Assembly (NCBI RefSeq): GCF_041886205.1
Contig: NZ_CP169029.1
Source of the DNA: Escherichia coli
GTDB taxonomy: Bacteria; Pseudomonadota; Gammaproteobacteria; Enterobacterales; Enterobacteriaceae
DNA length: 64,000 bases
Strand: one strand, 5' to 3'
The position numbers and the translations under genes are program-made. A model generated the notes under the pieces. It was not told the DNA's origin. It saw only the letters and a list, made by a program, of their open reading frames with translations, and searched no databases. Shown here one piece after another: positions 60,201 through 64,000 of this stretch; the stretch's first letter is position 1; each line of letters begins with the position of its first letter.

Positions 60201-61567
60201 CCACGATCCGGAATGGTGCCGCCGCTGGTAACCGCCAACAATTGAGCGCCAGGTCGGGCGGTCAATATCCCGGTCTCCCTGTTCCAGACCAGTTTGGGGC
60301 GAAAAGCAGAAAAATCGCCAGAGGGATAGCGCCCGGAAAGCATATCCAGCGTGGCGTCAAAAACACGTCTTGGCAGATCTTTCCACGGTGCGGCACGGCG
60401 TACGCGGGAGTACCATTCGTCTACCTGTAATGCATCCATCGCCGCGGCGGCAACGGTTTGCTGCGCAAGGACGTCGAGAGGATTATGCGGTGGTGTCAGG
60501 TTTTCCAGCCTGCCTGCGAACATACACTCTACAATGACTGTGGAATCGACTAAATCACGCCGGGTACGGGGGAAAAACAGCCCTTTAGATACACCGCCAA
60601 CCTGATGTCCGGCGCGACCAATGCGTTGTAACCCACTGGCAACAGAAAGCGGCGTTGCCACCTGAATCACCAGATCCACCGCGCCCATATCAATCCCCAG
60701 TTCAAGACTGGAGGTTGCGACCACGCAGCGTAATTCACCCGATTTCAGCGCCTGTTCGGTGATTGCTCGTTGTTCTTTAGAGACGGAGCCGTGGTGTGAG
60801 CGGGCAATAAAAACGTCGCTACTTTGTACACGGTTAGAGGTTGCGCCGGAGGTCGACTCGAAATGGGCCGCATCAACGGCGATAGACGGGGAACGCTGTA
60901 AGCGTGCGGCGTAAAGCTCATTTAATCGTGCCGTCAGTTTTTCCGCCAGCCCCCGCGAATTAGTAAAGACAATGGTCGAGCGATGGCGCAACACTTCATC
61001 AAGGATGCCCGTTTCAATATATGGCCAGATGGAGCCTTCCCGGCCGGCATGGCTGTCTTCGCCAGTGCCGCTGGCGACCGATGAGACATCATCCATATTG
61101 GCGACCGGTACGACAATCCGTATCTGCGGATGACGCATTGCGGGCGGGTTGACTACCGTAACCGGGCGATCGCCACCAAGAAATGCTGCCACATCGCTGG
61201 CTGAGCGCACAGTGGCAGAAAGGCCAATTCGCTGTGCTGAGGTGTGGAGCAGCGCATCGAGCCGCTCCAGACTTAACGCCAGATGCGCACCACGTTTACT
61301 GCCCGCTACCGCGTGGACTTCATCAATAATTACCGTTTCGACGCCGCGTAGCGTTTCGCGCGCGCGGGAGGTCAGCATCAGATAGAGTGATTCGGGTGTG
61401 GTGATCAGAATATCCGGCGGATTACGGGTGAGTTTGCTGCGTTCCTGTGCAGGCGTATCGCCAGTACGGATCCCTACGCGAAGATTGACTTCCGTTTCGC
61501 CGCGCCGCTGAAAAGCGGCGCACGAAAAACGCGAAAGCGTTTCACGATAAATGCGAAAACAACTGTT
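57242..61567 (-). pseudogene. lhr: ATP-dependent helicase Lhr, 5'-truncated (lacks N-terminal region with helicase motif I)
   Basis: Track ORF 57242..61378 (1378 aa) begins just before motif II (IIDEVHAV); frame stays open upstream to a stop at ~61568 with no ATG/GTG/TTG; Lhr in K-12 is about 1538 aa; yniB starts at 61690. Confidence 0.8.
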
Positions 61568-61689
61568 TCACGGAAAGGCATAATGGTTAAACACCCGGTT
61601 CTGGCGCATATAACTGAACGAAGTACACGACAAAAAAATATGTCACAGGTAAACTAAGTGAAACGACGCGTCTTAATCAAGGAGAACTC

Positions 61690-62226
61690 ATGACGTATCA
61701 ACAAGCTGGACGCATTGCTGTTTTGAAAAGGATTTTGGGTTGGGTGATTTTTATACCTGCATTGATCTCTACATTGATTTCTTTGCTGAAATTTATGAAT
61801 ACCCGACAGGAAAACCAGGAAGGCATTAATGCGGTCATGCTCGACTTTACTCATGTCATGATCGATATGATGCAGGCGAATACGCCTTTTTTGAATCTGT
61901 TCTGGTATAACTCCCCGACGCCCAATTTTAATGGTGGCGTGAACGTTATGTTCTGGGTGATTTTCATCCTGATTTTTGTCGGACTGGCGTTCCAGGATTC
62001 CGGTGCCCGGATGAGTCGCCAGGCGCGCTTCTTGCGGGAAGGTGTTGAAGATCAACTCATTCTGGAAAAAGCCAAAGGGGAAGAGGGGCTAACGCGTGAA
62101 CAAATTGAGTCCCGTATTGTTGTTCCGCACCATACTATTTTCCTGCAGTTTTTCTCACTGTATATCCTGCCGGTTATTTGTATTGCTGCAGGTTATGTGT
62201 TCTTTTCTCTGCTTGGGTTTATTTAA
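61690..62226 (+). CDS. yniB: inner-membrane protein YniB
   Basis: 178-aa ORF with RBS AAGGAG; MTYQQAGRIAVLKRILGWVIF... Confidence 0.85.
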   Translation: MTYQQAGRIAVLKRILGWVIFIPALISTLISLLKFMNTRQENQEGINAVMLDFTHVMIDMMQANTPFLNLFWYNSPTPNFNGGVNVMFWVIFILIFVGLAFQDSGARMSRQARFLREGVEDQLILEKAKGEEGLTREQIESRIVVPHHTIFLQFFSLYILPVICIAAGYVFFSLLGFI

Positions 62227-62266
62227 TCAAAAGGCCGCACAGAGCGGCCATTATCTTCAACCCATA

Positions 62267-63127
62267 TCATGCTGCTAATAATCTATCCAGTGACTGCTGA
62301 GCAATAACCAAATGCTGACCGCCAAATAACCTTGCACGATTTAACAGCGTGTAGAGTTGGTAAACCGGTTGACGTTCAAGGAAATCGGCAGGTAGCGGGG
62401 ATACTGACTGATAGCCGTCATAGATTTGTGGCGGCTGTTCAGTATGCAGCGGTAACATCGCCAGGTCGCACTCTCGGTCACCCCAGTAGCAGGCCGGGTC
62501 GAAAATGTACGGGCCATCCGGACCCAGCGCACAGTTGCCGGACCATAAATCGCCGTGCAACAGAGAAGGCTGCGGTTGATGCGAGGCCAGACGCTGCTGA
62601 ATATGCTCGACGATGGCGTCGATATTGCCGAAAGCGATCCCTTTCTCTGCTGCCAGTTCCAACTGCCAGCCAATCCGTTGTTCAGCAAAAAACGTTGACC
62701 AGCGACGTTGCCAGGTGTTGGGCTGTGGAGTTGTGGAGAGCGAGTTATCAAAATCGAGGCCAAATTGTGGTTGGTCACTCCATTGATGTAAACGCGCAAT
62801 TTGCTGACCAAGAATAAATGCGCTATGCGCTTCCAGCGGACGAGGTGGGAGATAATCCATCACCAGAAAACTGTAGTCACGGTCAGCGCCTACTGCCCAA
62901 ACCTTAGGCACGGTGACGGTTTTACTACGCGACAGTAACTCCAGTTGGTCGGCTTCGGCGGTAAAACCGGGAAGCAGTTCCCTTTCATCACATTTGACGA
63001 AAAAGTCATGTCCTGCATAGCGCAAATGCCATGCGGCATGGACTTCTCCGCCAGGCAGTTCATTACGCAGTTCGATTTCGCCTTCGCCTAACTGCTCGCT
63101 CAAAAGACGACTGATTGCCTGCCACAT
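62267..63127 (-). CDS. yniA: fructosamine/ketosamine kinase-family protein
   Basis: 286-aa ORF recognised as YniA. Confidence 0.88.
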   Translation of the reverse strand: MWQAISRLLSEQLGEGEIELRNELPGGEVHAAWHLRYAGHDFFVKCDERELLPGFTAEADQLELLSRSKTVTVPKVWAVGADRDYSFLVMDYLPPRPLEAHSAFILGQQIARLHQWSDQPQFGLDFDNSLSTTPQPNTWQRRWSTFFAEQRIGWQLELAAEKGIAFGNIDAIVEHIQQRLASHQPQPSLLHGDLWSGNCALGPDGPYIFDPACYWGDRECDLAMLPLHTEQPPQIYDGYQSVSPLPADFLERQPVYQLYTLLNRARLFGGQHLVIAQQSLDRLLAA

Positions 63128-63232
63128 GATGTCTCTCCCATGTTGTCTGCCAGATCATAAGGTTAGCGCAAGAATGCGGTGTAAAAACACGAGCTAACGC
63201 ACACCACAGACTGATTATTGCCCAAAAACCAT

Positions 63233-63523
63233 TTATTTTCTGTTGCTATTCCATTCCTCCCAGGTCGTGATGGTGATTTCAGGATCTTTGCCGGTTGCAC
63301 TTTGGGTAAGCCCCGAAACCAGTTCTCTAATTTCTTCTTCACTTTGGGTACTGATAAGTCCAAAAGTGTTAGTCCCCAGCTCTTGGATATTTCCCTCATC
63401 ATCCGTCATGGTGAGCAAAAAACCGTCGCGAGTCAGGTAATTATTCAACTCGTTAATTTCAGTCAATGTATCCTCATGCAACATGACGGTTATGACATAA
63501 CGGACAAGATCGCCACTGGCCAT
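63233..63523 (-). CDS. ydiZ: uncharacterised protein YdiZ
   Basis: 96-aa ORF MASGDLVRYVITVMLHEDTL... Confidence 0.8.
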   Translation of the reverse strand: MASGDLVRYVITVMLHEDTLTEINELNNYLTRDGFLLTMTDDEGNIQELGTNTFGLISTQSEEEIRELVSGLTQSATGKDPEITITTWEEWNSNRK

Positions 63524-63623
63524 AGTTCACCCCTTTGTTATCACATGACTTTTGAGCATAGTCGGAGAAACGCGTTGCCGACAGGTTGGTGGTGATTCCC
63601 CCAATGCTGGGGGAATGTTTTTG

Positions 63624-64000
63624 TTAGCGGGAAAGGTAAGCGTAAATTTTTTGCGTATCGTCATGGGAGCACAGACGTGTTCCCTGATTGAGTGTGGCTG
63701 CACTCCCTGCAGCTACGCCAAAACGGACCATCTCTTCAAGAGAGGCATTTTCTGCCAGTTTCAGTGTCATCGCGCCGACCATGCTGTCACCAGCGCCAAC
63801 GGTACTCTGGCTTTTCACCGGTGGTGGCACCACCTGAATGCAGTTTTCACTATCAACACCCAGCGCTCCTTGTGGACCAAGGGAAACGACAACCCGTTTG
63901 GCCTTGCCGCTATTAACGATTTCCTGCGCGGCTTTGCGGACATCGTCTGGCTGGGTGAGTTCGCGATTCACCAGCGCACTGAGTTCTTTTTGGTTAGGCT
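63624..64000 (-). CDS. pfkB: 6-phosphofructokinase II (3' part; 5' end beyond window)
   Basis: Frame open to the window edge; C-terminal sequence ...GAGDSMVGAMTLKLAENASLEEMVRFGVAAGSAATLNQGTRLCSHDDTQKIYAYLSR. Confidence 0.85.
   Translation of the reverse strand, partial: PNQKELSALVNRELTQPDDVRKAAQEIVNSGKAKRVVVSLGPQGALGVDSENCIQVVPPPVKSQSTVGAGDSMVGAMTLKLAENASLEEMVRFGVAAGSAATLNQGTRLCSHDDTQKIYAYLSR

Noticed and set aside
62332-62817. Overlapping 161-aa (plus) and 156-aa (minus) ORFs inside yniA
   Set aside because: Alternative frames of the yniA coding region; yniA itself is full-length and recognisable.

Overview
This window reads as enterobacterial (Escherichia coli / Shigella-type) chromosome. 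It is colinear with the E. coli K-12 aroH–ppsR–ppsA … suf … pykF … ydhYVWXUT … purR … sodB … lhr segment (reversed relative to K-12), followed directly by yniB–yniA–ydiZ–pfkB. Gene identities come from my recognition of the translated ORFs and known RNA sequences, not from any database search. Almost every ORF of 60 aa or more is accounted for by a known gene: PEP synthase and its regulator, the ydiQRST-fadK/ydiO/ydiF anaerobic acyl-CoA module, aroD/ydiB, two MFS transporters, RprA sRNA, ydiJ, the sufABCDSE Fe-S operon, ldtE, lpp, pykF, the ydhYVWXUT oxidoreductase operon, two tRNA-Val genes, mdtK, ribC, cfa, punRC, purR, sodB, mepH and grxD. I found three departures from the K-12 arrangement: (1) an IS1 copy inserted in the 5' end of ydiF; (2) an IS629 (IS3-family) copy inserted in ydhR; (3) a 5'-truncated lhr joined to the upstream region of yniB, which is a synteny breakpoint. 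I found no CRISPR array, integrase, prophage, or obvious toxin–antitoxin or defence cassette, and I do not see convincing evidence for a novel multi-gene system. The most interesting items are the rearrangement junction, the two IS insertions, and poorly characterised loci (the ydhT 9-residue tandem repeat protein, the ydhYVWXUT complex, ydiL, ydhQ). Coordinates I counted by hand (RNA genes, IS ends, terminators) may be off by 1–2 nt.
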